This document shows, in pieces, positions 44,535 to 54,496 of a DNA stretch of 64,000 nt (positions are counted from its first letter, which is position 1; each line of letters opens with the position of its first letter). The translations under genes and the position numbers were made by a program. This DNA is from an uncultured Gammaproteobacteria bacterium (GTDB lineage Bacteria; Pseudomonadota; Gammaproteobacteria; UBA9214). A model generated the notes under the pieces. That model was not told the origin of the DNA and made no database searches. It saw only the letters and a program-made list of their open reading frames with translations. The stretch covers positions 9,872-73,871 of the forward strand of contig CAVQCA010000022.1 in assembly GCA_963710815.1 (NCBI GenBank). Direction: 5' to 3'.

Positions 44535-44822
44535 ATGGCGCTTGAAGCCTCGCAAGTCGAAAAGATCGCTCACCTTGCTCGTCTGGGCATCGATGCGGAT
44601 GACATCCCCGGCTACGCACGCAACCTGTCGAGCATCCTCGCGTTTGTCGAGCAGTTGAACAGCATGGATACGACCGGGGTGGAGCCCCTTGCCCACCCGC
44701 TGGAGGCCACGCAGCGGCTGCGTCCCGACGCGGTGACCGAGCCGGATGAACGGGAGAAATTCCAGCGATGCGCTCCCCTGACCGAGGGCGGCCTGTACCT
44801 GGTCCCCAGGGTGATCGAGTGA
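44535..44822 (+). CDS. gatC: Asp/Glu-tRNA amidotransferase subunit C
   Basis: [22 protein letters not shown]. Confidence 0.95.
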   Translation: MALEASQVEKIAHLARLGIDADDIPGYARNLSSILAFVEQLNSMDTTGVEPLAHPLEATQRLRPDAVTEPDEREKFQRCAPLTEGGLYLVPRVIE

Positions 44823-44867
44823 CTTCAGAGAGATGGTCGGTTTAGTATCCATTCACAAATACCTCTT

Positions 44868-44950
44868 TCACCGCAAAGACGCAAAGGACGCAGAGAAATT
44901 CTTTAATGAAAACAATTGATCGCTTTGCGTTCTTTGCGCCTTTGCGGTGA
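44868..44950. repeat. CGCAAAG hairpin element, 83 bp, between gatC and gatA
   Basis: Arms around spacer AAATTCTTTAATGAAAACAATTGATCG; outer arm GTATCCATTCACAAA from 44845. Confidence 0.92.
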
Positions 44951-45016
44951 GTGTATTTCCGTGGCAATTGACAGAGGCCTGGATTTCGTCAGTGTCCTTC
45001 GACTCAGAATCCATTT

Positions 45017-46471
45017 ATGCACCGGAAAAGCCTAGTTGAGTTGTCCGCCGCCCTCGGGCGCGGCGAGTTCTCCAGCGAAGAACTCACCCGCGCCTGCCTG
45101 GCGCGGATCGGGGCGCTGGACGGGCAGCTCAATAGTTTCATCACCGTGACCGGGGAACAGGCGCTCGCGCAGGCGCGTGCGGCGGATGCACGCCTGCGGG
45201 CCGGCGAGGCGGGGCCGCTCACCGGCATCCCGTTCGCCCACAAGGACATCTTCTGCACCGAGGGTGTTCGCACCAGTTGCGGCTCGCGCATGCTGGATAA
45301 CTTCGTGGCCCCGTACGACGCCACCGTGACGCAGAAACTGAAGGCCGCCGGGGCGGTGATGATCGGCAAGACCAATATGGATGAGTTCGCCATGGGTTCG
45401 TCCAACGAGACCAGCTTCTACGGCCCGGTGAAAAACCCCTGGGACACGGCTACGGTCCCTGGCGGATCCTCCGGCGGGTCGGCCGCGGCGGTGGCCGCGC
45501 GGCTGGTTCCCGCCGCCACCGGTACGGACACCGGCGGTTCGATCCGCCAGCCGGCCGCCCTGTGCGGCATCACCGGCCTGAAACCGACCTACGGGCGCGT
45601 GTCGCGCTACGGCATGATCGCGTTCGCCTCCAGCCTCGATCAGGGCGGGCCGTTCGCGCGCACCGCCGAGGACGCGGCGGTACTGCTGGGCACGATGGCC
45701 GGCTTCGATCCGCGCGATTCCACCAGCGTGGACCGGCCGGTCGATGACTACCGGGCGGGCCTGGGCGCCTCCCTGCGGGGCCTGCGCATCGGCCTGCCGA
45801 AGGAATTTTTCGGAGAGGGGCTGGATGGCGCCGTGGCGGCAGCGGTCGAGTCCGCCCTGGCCCAGTATCAAGGGCTGGGCGCGACCGTGGTCGACATCAG
45901 CCTGCCCAACAGCGCACTGTCGGTACCGGCCTATTACGTGGTCGCGCCGGCCGAATGTTCATCCAACCTGTCGCGTTTCGACGGTGTGCGCTACGGCTAC
46001 CGGGCGGAAAATCCGCACGACCTGGAGGACCTGTACAAGCGCTCGCGCGGCGAGGGATTCGGCGCCGAGGTCAAGCGCCGCATCATGATCGGCACCTACG
46101 CGTTGTCGGCCGGTTACTACGATGCCTACTATCTCAAGGCGCAGCAGGTGCGTCGTCTGATCCGCGAGGATTTCCTGCGCGCCTTCGAGCAGGTCGACGT
46201 CATCATGGGACCGACCTCGCCCGGCGTGGCCTTCCGGCTGGGCGAGAAGGCCGACGACCCGGTGACCATGTACCTGTCCGACATCTACACCATCGCCGTC
46301 AATCTCGCCGGGCTGCCCGGCATGTCCATTCCGGCCGGCTTCGCCGACGGCCTGCCGGTGGGGCTGCAGCTCATCGGCAACTACTTCGACGAGGGGCGTC
46401 TGCTTGCTGTCGCGCACCAGTACCAGCAGGTCACGGACTGGCACGCGCGCTGCCCGCAGGGTTTCGAGTGA
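45017..46471 (+). CDS. gatA: Asp/Glu-tRNA amidotransferase subunit A
   Basis: [34 protein letters not shown]. Confidence 0.98.
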   Translation: MHRKSLVELSAALGRGEFSSEELTRACLARIGALDGQLNSFITVTGEQALAQARAADARLRAGEAGPLTGIPFAHKDIFCTEGVRTSCGSRMLDNFVAPYDATVTQKLKAAGAVMIGKTNMDEFAMGSSNETSFYGPVKNPWDTATVPGGSSGGSAAAVAARLVPAATGTDTGGSIRQPAALCGITGLKPTYGRVSRYGMIAFASSLDQGGPFARTAEDAAVLLGTMAGFDPRDSTSVDRPVDDYRAGLGASLRGLRIGLPKEFFGEGLDGAVAAAVESALAQYQGLGATVVDISLPNSALSVPAYYVVAPAECSSNLSRFDGVRYGYRAENPHDLEDLYKRSRGEGFGAEVKRRIMIGTYALSAGYYDAYYLKAQQVRRLIREDFLRAFEQVDVIMGPTSPGVAFRLGEKADDPVTMYLSDIYTIAVNLAGLPGMSIPAGFADGLPVGLQLIGNYFDEGRLLAVAHQYQQVTDWHARCPQGFE

Positions 46472-46510
46472 GCCCCGCAACGGGATGAAATGACGGAGCC
46501 GGTGACTGAT

Positions 46511-47947
46511 ATGGACTGGGAAACGGTAATCGGGCTGGAGATTCACGCCCAGCTCGCCACCCGCAGCAAGATCTTCTCCGGCGCCGCCACCCGCTACGGT
46601 GCGGCGCCCAACACGCAGGCCTGCGCCGTGGACCTCGGCCTGCCGGGTGTGCTGCCGGTGCTGAACGAAGAGGTGGTGCGCATGGCTGCCAGTTTCGGTC
46701 TTGCCATCCATGCCACCGTGGCGCCGCGCTGCGTGTTCGCGCGCAAGAACTATTTCTATCCCGACCTGCCCAAGGGCTACCAGATCAGCCAGTACGAGCT
46801 GCCCATCGTGCATGACGGCTACATCGACATCGAGCCGGACGAACAGTCCAGCCGGCGCATCGGCATCACCCGCGCCCACCTCGAGGAGGACGCCGGCAAG
46901 TCGCTGCACGAGGATTTTCACGGCATGACCGGGATCGACCTCAACCGCGCCGGCACGCCGCTGCTGGAAATCGTCTCGGAACCGGACCTGCGTTCGGCGA
47001 AGGAGGCGGTCGCCTACATGAAGAAGATCCATGCGCTGGTGCGCTACCTGGAGATCTGCGACGGCAACATGCAGGAAGGCTCATTTCGCTGCGACGCCAA
47101 TGTCTCCGTGCGCCCGCAGGGGCAGGCGGCCTTCGGCACGCGCGCTGAACTCAAGAACATCAATTCCTTTCGCTTCGTGGAGCAGGCCATCAACTACGAG
47201 GTCGAGCGCCAGATCGCCCTGATCGAGGGGGGAGGGCAGGTGGTGCAGGAGACCCGGTTGTTCGATCCCGCCAGGCAGGAAACCCGGCCGATGCGCACCA
47301 AGGAAGAGGCCAACGATTACCGCTATTTTCCGGATCCGGACTTGCTGCCGGTGGAGATCGACGCGGCGTTTCTCGAGACGGTGGCGGCCACGTTACCGGA
47401 ACTACCCGACGCCAAACGCCAGCGGTTCCTGGGGGACTATGGCCTGTCGGCCTACGACGCCGGTGTGCTCACCGCGACGCGGGAACTGGCGGATTATTTC
47501 GAGGCTACCGTGGCCGCCGCGGGCGTACCGGGCAAACTGGCCGCCAACTGGGTGACCGGGGAACTGGCCGGCGCGTTGAACCGGGCGGGCCGGGAAATCG
47601 GCGACAGCCCGCTCGCCGCGGCGGCACTGGCCGGCCTGTTGCGGCGCATCGAGGACGGTACCCTTTCCGGCAAACTCGCCAAGCAGGTGTTCGAGGCGAT
47701 GTGGAGCGGCGCGGGGAGCGCCGATGAGGTGATTGAACAGCAGGGGCTCCGGCAGATCACTGACACCTCCGCCATCGAAGGGGTCATCCGGGACATTCTG
47801 GAGAAGCACCCGAAGCAGCTTGAGCAATACCGCGGCGGCCAGGAAAAGCTGCTCGGCTTTTTCGTCGGCCAGGTCATGAAGGCCACGCAGGGCAAGGCCA
47901 ATCCCGCCCAGGTCAACGAGTTGCTGAAGAAACTCATCGGCGGCTAA
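46511..47947 (+). CDS. gatB: Asp/Glu-tRNA amidotransferase subunit B
   Basis: [44 protein letters not shown]. Confidence 0.98.
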   Translation: MDWETVIGLEIHAQLATRSKIFSGAATRYGAAPNTQACAVDLGLPGVLPVLNEEVVRMAASFGLAIHATVAPRCVFARKNYFYPDLPKGYQISQYELPIVHDGYIDIEPDEQSSRRIGITRAHLEEDAGKSLHEDFHGMTGIDLNRAGTPLLEIVSEPDLRSAKEAVAYMKKIHALVRYLEICDGNMQEGSFRCDANVSVRPQGQAAFGTRAELKNINSFRFVEQAINYEVERQIALIEGGGQVVQETRLFDPARQETRPMRTKEEANDYRYFPDPDLLPVEIDAAFLETVAATLPELPDAKRQRFLGDYGLSAYDAGVLTATRELADYFEATVAAAGVPGKLAANWVTGELAGALNRAGREIGDSPLAAAALAGLLRRIEDGTLSGKLAKQVFEAMWSGAGSADEVIEQQGLRQITDTSAIEGVIRDILEKHPKQLEQYRGGQEKLLGFFVGQVMKATQGKANPAQVNELLKKLIGG

Positions 47948-48009
47948 GTTTTACCATTGGTTCTGCATGTGGCCGGGCAGGCGTGTCCACTCTCGACCAT
48001 GGCTATCCA

Positions 48010-48139
48010 GTGTTCGTTCATAAACATCGTTTTCACCGCAAAGACGCAAAGTTCGCAAAGAAGGTCATTAACATAAACACATAATGGCTTTGCGTTCTTT
48101 GCGTCTTTGCGGTGAGTCAATTTCTTTATGGATAGCCAC
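48010..48139. repeat. CGCAAAG hairpin (48033-48115) inside an outer inverted repeat
   Basis: Outer GTGTTCGTTCATAAA ... TTTATGGATAGCCAC; inner 28+27+28. Confidence 0.9.
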
Positions 48140-48147
48140 TACCTACG

Positions 48148-49311
48148 ATGAAAATCATTGCTGATGAGAACATACCCGCCGTGGCGCAGGCCTTCGGGAC
48201 GCTGGGGGAGGTGACGCTGCTCCCCGGACGGGGCCTTCGCGCAGAGGACGTGCGCGCGGCCGATGTCCTGCTGGTGCGTTCGGTCACACGCGTCGACCGG
48301 GAGTTGCTCGAGGGCTCCCGGGTGCGCTTCATCGGTTCGGCGACCATCGGTTTCGATCATGTCGACCGGGACTACCTGCAGTCGCGGGCGATCGGCTTCG
48401 CCACGGCGCCCGGCAGCAATGCCACCTCGGCGGCGGAATACGTGGTCAGCGCGCTGCTCGCGCTGGGCGAACGAGAGGGGTTCAGGCTGGCCGGGCGCAC
48501 CGTCGGTATTGTCGGTTGCGGCAATGTCGGCTCCCGGGTGCGCGACCGGCTGACGGCGCTGGGATGTCAATGCCTCATTAATGACCCGCCGCTTCAGGAG
48601 CGTGCCGGACACGGCGGGTTTGTCGGGCTGGATGCCGTCCTGCAGGCGGATATCATCAGCCTCCACGTGCCGCTGAAGAAGGCGGGGCGGCATCCCACCT
48701 GGCATCTCTTCGATGCCGCGCTACTGCGGCGGCTCAAGCCGGGCGCCGTGCTGATCAACACCTCGCGCGGCGCCGTGGTCGACAATGCGGCACTGGATGC
48801 CCTGCTGACGACACGCCCGGACCTCTCCGTGGTGCTGGATGTATGGGAGGGGGAGCCGTCGATCAGCATGGCCCTGCTCGAGAAGGTCGACCTGGGGACG
48901 GCGCACATCGCCGGTTACAGCCTGGACGGCAAGCTGCGCGGCACGGAGATGATTTACCGCGCTGCCTGCGACTATTTCGGTTATACGCCGCGCTGGAATG
49001 CCGCGGACGTGCTCCCCGCCGCGGAATCGCTGGACTTGAGAGGCGGCACCGGCGTTGATGCAATCGAGCGGTTGCGCGAAGCGGTGTTCCGCATCTACGA
49101 CGTCCGCGCGGATGATGCCCGCCTGCGCGGCCTGCTGATGCTGACGCCGGAGGAACAACCCGCCGTTTTCGACCGCTTGCGCAAGGACTATCCGCAGCGC
49201 CGCGAATTCGCCGTCACGACCGCAGTCGTCGATGGCACCGACGATGCGTTGGAGAATCTACTGCGGGGCATCGGCTTCAATGTGCTCGACGACAGCGCCC
49301 CGGATACTTGA
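48148..49311 (+). CDS. pdxB: Erythronate-4-phosphate dehydrogenase
   Basis: MKIIADENIP, LLVRSVTRV, SATIGFDHVD, LDVWEGEP, HIAGYS. Confidence 0.95.
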   Translation: MKIIADENIPAVAQAFGTLGEVTLLPGRGLRAEDVRAADVLLVRSVTRVDRELLEGSRVRFIGSATIGFDHVDRDYLQSRAIGFATAPGSNATSAAEYVVSALLALGEREGFRLAGRTVGIVGCGNVGSRVRDRLTALGCQCLINDPPLQERAGHGGFVGLDAVLQADIISLHVPLKKAGRHPTWHLFDAALLRRLKPGAVLINTSRGAVVDNAALDALLTTRPDLSVVLDVWEGEPSISMALLEKVDLGTAHIAGYSLDGKLRGTEMIYRAACDYFGYTPRWNAADVLPAAESLDLRGGTGVDAIERLREAVFRIYDVRADDARLRGLLMLTPEEQPAVFDRLRKDYPQRREFAVTTAVVDGTDDALENLLRGIGFNVLDDSAPDT

Positions 49312-49323
49312 ATCTCTACGGTA

Positions 49324-49448
49324 GGGCGCCTGCAGAAATAATCTCACCGCAAAGACGCAAAGAGCGCAAAGTCTTTAATTGTTTTCGTTAAAGAATTTCT
49401 CTGCGTCCTTCGCGTCTTTGCGGTGAAAGCGGTGTTATGGATGAATAC
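49324..49448. mobile_element. TA-flanked composite element containing a CGCAAAG hairpin (49344-49426), inserted in the moeB 3' end
   Basis: Reverse-orientation homologue of the 60440 element; TA at 49322-23 and 49449-50. Confidence 0.75.
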
Positions 49449-50207
49449 TATGTTTGACGCGGCGTGATCGCCGCAGACCGGGCAGTGCGGGTCACGTCGC
49501 AGCTTCAGCGTGCGCCATTCATGGACGGCGCCGTCGAAGACGACCAGGCGCCCGCACAGTGTTTCACCCAGTCCAAGCAGTACCTTGAGCGCCTCGAGGG
49601 CCTGCAGGCTGCCGATAATGCCCACGATCGGCGCAAGCACCCCGTTTTCGCTGCAGGTCTGGTCTTCCTGTTCACCCGCGTGGTACAGGCAGGCGTAGCA
49701 GGGGCTGTCATCCCGCCCCGGAAGAAACACGGCGATCTGGCCTTCGAGGCGCACGGCCGCACCCGAAACCAGCGGCGTGTGATGTGCGACGCAGGCGGCA
49801 TTCACCGCGAAGCGGGTTTCAAAGTTATCGCTGCAGTCCAGCACCACATCCGCACTCGCGACTTCCTCTTCAAGTCGGTACCCCTGCAGGCATTCTGTGA
49901 TCGGGGTGACGCGAACGTCGGGGTTGATCATCGCCAGTGTGTCGGACGCCGAGGCGACCTTTGGCCGTCCGATGTCGCTCTGGTGATGCAGGATCTGGCG
50001 CTGCAGGTTGGACAGTTCCACCCGGTCCGGGTCGGTGATGACGATCTGCCCGACCCCGGCCGCGGCCAGGTAGATGGCGGCCGGAGAGCCCAGGCCGCCG
50101 GCGCCGATCAGCAGCGCGCGTGAGCCGAGCAGGGTGTCCTGACCCGCGACATCGACCTGCGGCAACAGGATCTGCCGGCTGTAGCGCAATAACTGGCTGT
50201 CATCCAT
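49344..50207 (-). CDS. moeB: MoeB/ThiF adenylyltransferase; C-terminus extended by the repeat
   Basis: RYSRQILL, GAGGLG, SNLQRQ, DCSDNF, CYAC, CPVC. Confidence 0.93.
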   Translation of the reverse strand: MDDSQLLRYSRQILLPQVDVAGQDTLLGSRALLIGAGGLGSPAAIYLAAAGVGQIVITDPDRVELSNLQRQILHHQSDIGRPKVASASDTLAMINPDVRVTPITECLQGYRLEEEVASADVVLDCSDNFETRFAVNAACVAHHTPLVSGAAVRLEGQIAVFLPGRDDSPCYACLYHAGEQEDQTCSENGVLAPIVGIIGSLQALEALKVLLGLGETLCGRLVVFDGAVHEWRTLKLRRDPHCPVCGDHAASNIVFIHNTAFTAKTRRTQRNSLTKTIKDFALFASLR

Positions 50208-50240
50208 CGCAGTTACAGGTCCATCCACAAACAAATGAAC

Positions 50241-50325
50241 TCACCGCAGAGACGCAAAGAGCGCAGAGAATCCCCTGATAAAAAAGCAATTAATTACCTC
50301 TGCGTGCTTTGCGTCTCTGCGGTGA
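50241..50325. repeat. CGCAGAG hairpin element, 85 bp, with outer arms (about 50218 and 50335-50349)
   Basis: TCACCGCAGAGACGCAAAGAGCGCAGAG / CTCTGCGTGCTTTGCGTCTCTGCGGTGA. Confidence 0.9.
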
Positions 50326-50361
50326 ATGAGGGTGTTTATCGACGGATACTGCCTGGATTCC

Positions 50362-50754
50362 TTAGAGGTAACGCCGCAGGTATTCCGGGCGATGATCGCG
50401 GCAGCCGTGCGGGCGGTGCAGATAGCGTGCGATGAATGCATCGCGCGTGTATTCCGCCTGATCGTGCATGCTCTCGGTGCACTCGATGTCCTCGAGGTAA
50501 TAACAGAGGCCACGCATGAAGCGGCAGTAGAAATTGGTTTGCAGATGGTAGCCCAGTTCCCTTAGCAGGGCCTCGATGATCTGCATGGTGATCTGGCGGA
50601 CGTTGTAGCTGACCCTGATGCGGCCTGGACCCAGGACCTGGACGCGAACCACCCCCTTCACGTCATGCAGCAACTCGGCGACGGACTCGGTGATGTTGGG
50701 GTCCGGTTCATCCCGACTCAGACGTATGGTCCTGTGTTTCAGTTTTTCGCTCAC
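50362..50754 (-). CDS. Hypothetical protein, possible HMA-like fold without CxxC
   Basis: L..V.GV..V....IRVSY....T...IE..L.ELGY pattern; operon position; His/Cys-rich tail. Confidence 0.7.
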   Translation of the reverse strand: MSEKLKHRTIRLSRDEPDPNITESVAELLHDVKGVVRVQVLGPGRIRVSYNVRQITMQIIEALLRELGYHLQTNFYCRFMRGLCYYLEDIECTESMHDQAEYTRDAFIARYLHRPHGCRDHRPEYLRRYL

Positions 50755-50833
50755 GTTTTTATCCTAGCCCGATGGGCGTAAATAGCAACCTCCGCCTGCG
50801 CCTCGTCCCTGATTTTCCTGATTAAAAATAATA

Positions 50834-51069
50834 AATGGCCACGGAAGCACACGGAAGCACACGGAAAGTAAAAAAGTGAAAGGTGAAAAAGTGAAAAAAA
50901 CCTGCAGTCCACTGATGCTACAGAGAGTTATACCCTGCAGGAGATATCGCGTGCAGTATTTCGATGCACTGCATGGGCAATGAACTCTCGACATCAATGC
51001 ACCAGCCAGTGCCTGAAGGTTTTTCACTTCTTACTTCTACTTATTTTTCCGTGTGCTTCCGTGGCCATT
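50834..51069. repeat. CACGGAA inverted arms enclosing nested (A)GTGAAA inverted arms and a ~115-bp core
   Basis: Perfect 23-bp IR AATGGCCACGGAAGCACACGGAA; inner AGTGAAAGGTGAAAAAGTGAAA vs TTTTCACTTCTTACTTCTACT. Confidence 0.8.
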
Positions 51070-51125
51070 CCCGGGCGGGCTGAATGGAATCCCGGTAATC
51101 AGGCAACGGTAGTCTCACGAGCGGA

Positions 51126-51968
51126 TCAGCGCCGGCCCAGGGTGACACGGCTGAGGCCGCTGGCATCGGGGTGGTCGCTGATCTTGCGAAAACCCTGCGT
51201 CCTCATCATCTGCATCACCTTGTATCCCTGGTCGTAACCGTGTTCCAGGATCAGCCAGCCGCCGGGGCGCAGGCGATCATGGGCGCCGGTAATGACCCGA
51301 CGCAACGCATCCAGGCCCTCGGGACCGGCGGCGAGGGCCGTGCGCGGCTCGAATCGCGGATCGCCTTCCCGAAGGTGCGGGTCGGTTTCGGCCACATAAG
51401 GAGGGTTGCTCAGGATGAAGTCAAATACGTCGGCGGGGAATGCCCGGCACCATGATCCGCAGACGAACCGCACGTTATCCAGACCGAGTCGCGCGGCGTT
51501 ATGCCTTGCCACCGACAGTGCGGCCAATGAAATATCGGTGGCGATGACCTCGCTGCGCGGGCGCTCCCGTGCAATCGCGAGCGCGATGGTGCCCGCACCG
51601 GCGCCGAGGTCGGCGACGCGCGGTTGATGGTCCACCGGCATTTTTTCGAGCGCCAGGGCCACGAGGGTTTCGGTCTCGGGGCGAGGGATCAGTGTGTCCG
51701 GCGTCACCGTCAGCGGAAGCGACCAGAATTCACGCTGCCCGAGCAGATAGGCGATGGGTTCACCGCGCGCGCGGCGGCTGACCAGGGTGGCAAACCGTTC
51801 CTGCCGCCGGGGTTCGACCTGCCGTTCCGGCCAGGCGTACAGGTGGCTGCGCGGCCGGTCGAGGCAGGCGGCCAGCAGGATTTCGGCCTCCAGCCGGGCG
51901 GCATCCGTACCGAGGAGCCCGGCGGCCTGCGCCAGCAGGGCACCGATGGAATGGGTGGGGTCGTTCAA
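51126..51968 (-). CDS. prmC: Release factor glutamine methyltransferase
   Basis: GEPIAYL, LIPRPETE, DLGAGAG, SNPPY, LEHGYDQ. Confidence 0.96.
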   Translation of the reverse strand: MNDPTHSIGALLAQAAGLLGTDAARLEAEILLAACLDRPRSHLYAWPERQVEPRRQERFATLVSRRARGEPIAYLLGQREFWSLPLTVTPDTLIPRPETETLVALALEKMPVDHQPRVADLGAGAGTIALAIARERPRSEVIATDISLAALSVARHNAARLGLDNVRFVCGSWCRAFPADVFDFILSNPPYVAETDPHLREGDPRFEPRTALAAGPEGLDALRRVITGAHDRLRPGGWLILEHGYDQGYKVMQMMRTQGFRKISDHPDASGLSRVTLGRR

Positions 51969-51984
51969 AACGGCGCCTGCGGGG

Positions 51985-53073
51985 CTACCTGTCCTGCTCC
52001 AGTGCCGCCAGCTGGTCCGCCTGGTGTTCGCTGATGAGCGGGTCGATCAGGGGATCGAGGTTGCCGGCCATGATCTCGTCGAGCTTGTAGAGCGTGAGAT
52101 TGATGCGATGCTCGGTCACGCGCCCCTGCGGGAAATTATAGGTACGGATGCGCTCGGAGCGGTCACCGCTGCCGACCAGGGAGCGGCGCGCCTCGGTTTC
52201 CTCGGCTTTCTGCTTTTCCTGTTGGGCATTCAGCAGCCGCGCCGCCAGCAGCGACATCGCCCGGGCACGGTTCTTGTGCTGGGAGCGCTCATCCTGGCAT
52301 TCGACCACGATACCGCTGGGCAGATGGGTCAGGCGGATCGCCGAATCGGTCTTGTTGACATGCTGTCCGCCCGCCCCGGAGGCGCGATAGGTGTCCACCT
52401 TGAGGTCGGCGGGGTTGATCTCGATCGGGTCGACTTCATCCGCCTCGGGCAGGATCGCCACCGTGGCGGCCGAGGTGTGGATGCGGCCCTGGGATTCTGT
52501 TTCGGGCACCCGCTGCACGCGGTGCGCCCCGGACTCGAATTTGAGGCGGGAATAGGCGCCATGGCCGATGATGCGCGCAATGATTTCCTTGTAGCCGCCG
52601 TGTTCTCCCGGGCTCTCGCTGAGGATCTCGATCTGCCATCTGCGGATTTCCGCGTAGCGTGTATACATGCGGAACAGATCCCCGGCGAAGATCGCCGCCT
52701 CGTCGCCGCCCGTGCCGGCGCGCACTTCCAGGAAGATATTGCTGTTGTCGTGCGGGTCCGCCGGCAGCAGCAGTTTTTGTATCTCGCCTTCCAGTGAACC
52801 GAGGCGGACATCGGCGGACGCGATCTCCTCCGCGGCCATCTCCTGCATGCCGGGATCCGGGTCCTTCAGCATCTCCCCGGCGGAGGCGAGGTCATCCTGC
52901 GCCTTGCGGAAGGCACGGTAGCAGCTTACCAGCGGGGTGAGCTGCGCGTATTCCATCGACAATTGCCGGTATTTTTCCTGATTCCGGATCGTCTGCGCAT
53001 CGGATAGCAGGGCGCTGACTTCCGTGTGGCGTTCCTCGAGGTTTTCGAGCTTGCTGAGTATCGATGGCTTCAT
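51985..53073 (-). CDS. prfA: Peptide chain release factor 1
   Basis: [25 protein letters not shown]. Confidence 0.98.
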   Translation of the reverse strand: MKPSILSKLENLEERHTEVSALLSDAQTIRNQEKYRQLSMEYAQLTPLVSCYRAFRKAQDDLASAGEMLKDPDPGMQEMAAEEIASADVRLGSLEGEIQKLLLPADPHDNSNIFLEVRAGTGGDEAAIFAGDLFRMYTRYAEIRRWQIEILSESPGEHGGYKEIIARIIGHGAYSRLKFESGAHRVQRVPETESQGRIHTSAATVAILPEADEVDPIEINPADLKVDTYRASGAGGQHVNKTDSAIRLTHLPSGIVVECQDERSQHKNRARAMSLLAARLLNAQQEKQKAEETEARRSLVGSGDRSERIRTYNFPQGRVTEHRINLTLYKLDEIMAGNLDPLIDPLISEHQADQLAALEQDR

Positions 53074-53094
53074 GGGATGCCAGCGTGCGGCGAT

Positions 53095-54354
53095 TCAATC
53101 GCCATCCTTCAGCCGGAACAGTGTACGGACGGTTTCGAGCAGGAAGGTCTGACCCTGCTCGACGGCCGAACGCAGGTTGACGCTGGGGTCATGGGCGAGT
53201 TTGTTGATGAGGTTATGGGCGAGCAGTTCGACCACCTGCCGGGGGTCCTCTCCGTTGACAAGACGCTGGCGCGCCTTTTTCAACTCGACCTCGCCGACGG
53301 CCTGGGCATGGTCGCGGTAGGCGCGGATGGCGGGGACGGCATCCAGCGAGTTCAGCCAGATCATGAACCGGTCGACCTGCGCATCGATGATCTCTTCGGC
53401 CTGTTCGGCCGCCTCCCGGCGCGACTTGAGGTTTCCCTCGATGACCTCCTTGAGGTTGTCGATGGTGTAGAGGTACACGTCGTTGAGTTCATCTACCCGT
53501 GGGTCGATGTCGGGGGGGACGGCGATGTCGACCATGAAAATCGGACGGTGTTTGCGCCCGCGTATGGCGTCGCACACCATGTCCCTGTCGAGGATATAGT
53601 CCGGGCTGCCGGTGGAGGAGATCACGATATCGGCCTGGTCCAGGTGCGCGGCGATCTGGGATAGCGCGATCCCGAAGCCGTCGAATAGAGTCGCCAGATC
53701 GAGCGCACGTTCGACCGTGCGGTTGGCGATGATCATCTGGCCGATGCCGTGTTCATGCAGGTGGCGGGCGGCGAGTTCGATGGTCTCGCCGGCGCCGATC
53801 AGCAGTGCCGTCTGTTTCTCGAATGCCCCGAAGATCTGCCGGGCCAGGCTGACGGCCGCGAAGGCGACCGAGACCGGGCTTGCGCCGATGGCCGTATCGG
53901 TGCGGATTTGCTTGGCGACCGAGAAGGTATGCTGGAACAGGCGGTTTCCCAGGGCATTCAGGGTGCCTGCTTTGGTTGCCATCTGATAGGTGGTTTTCAT
54001 CTGCCCCAGGATCTGGGGTTCCCCGAGGATCATCGAGTCCAGGCCGGCCGCCACACGGAGTATGTGGCGCACGGCGTCAGCCCCCGAATAGGCGTACAGA
54101 TGGGGTTCCAGCGCACCCTTATCCAGCCCGTGAAACCGGCTCAGCCACTCCGTCACTTTATCCAGCCCCCCATCCTGTTTGGCGCAGTACAGCTCGGTGC
54201 GGTTGCAGGTCGACAGGATGGCCGCCTCGCTCACGTTCTCCACCGCTCTCAGTTCGTTCAGGGCGCGCGGAAGCTGCTCGGCCGGAAACGCCACCTGCCC
54301 GCGAATTTCCACGGGAGCCGTCCGGTGATTAATGCCGAGGACCAGCAGGTGCAT
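53095..54354 (-). CDS. hemA: Glutamyl-tRNA reductase
   Basis: GINHRTAP, STCNRTE, GEPQILGQ, GAGE. Confidence 0.97.
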   Translation of the reverse strand: MHLLVLGINHRTAPVEIRGQVAFPAEQLPRALNELRAVENVSEAAILSTCNRTELYCAKQDGGLDKVTEWLSRFHGLDKGALEPHLYAYSGADAVRHILRVAAGLDSMILGEPQILGQMKTTYQMATKAGTLNALGNRLFQHTFSVAKQIRTDTAIGASPVSVAFAAVSLARQIFGAFEKQTALLIGAGETIELAARHLHEHGIGQMIIANRTVERALDLATLFDGFGIALSQIAAHLDQADIVISSTGSPDYILDRDMVCDAIRGRKHRPIFMVDIAVPPDIDPRVDELNDVYLYTIDNLKEVIEGNLKSRREAAEQAEEIIDAQVDRFMIWLNSLDAVPAIRAYRDHAQAVGEVELKKARQRLVNGEDPRQVVELLAHNLINKLAHDPSVNLRSAVEQGQTFLLETVRTLFRLKDGD

Positions 54355-54496
54355 AATGGTTAAATAAAAAATGTCGAAGAATCTTAAAATTCTGCATGGT
54401 GAGGTGACTTAATACAAGCGGCGCCCCGTTTTGATCTCAATTGCACCCAACCTGGCCTGATGAAATTACAACTAATTTATTGGACAAACTGCTAGA

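Noticed and set aside
44896-44922. IHF site in the hairpin spacers (as in E. coli BIME-1/RIB)
   Set aside because: Only this copy approaches WATCAANNNNTTR (two mismatches); the match is not conserved in sister copies.
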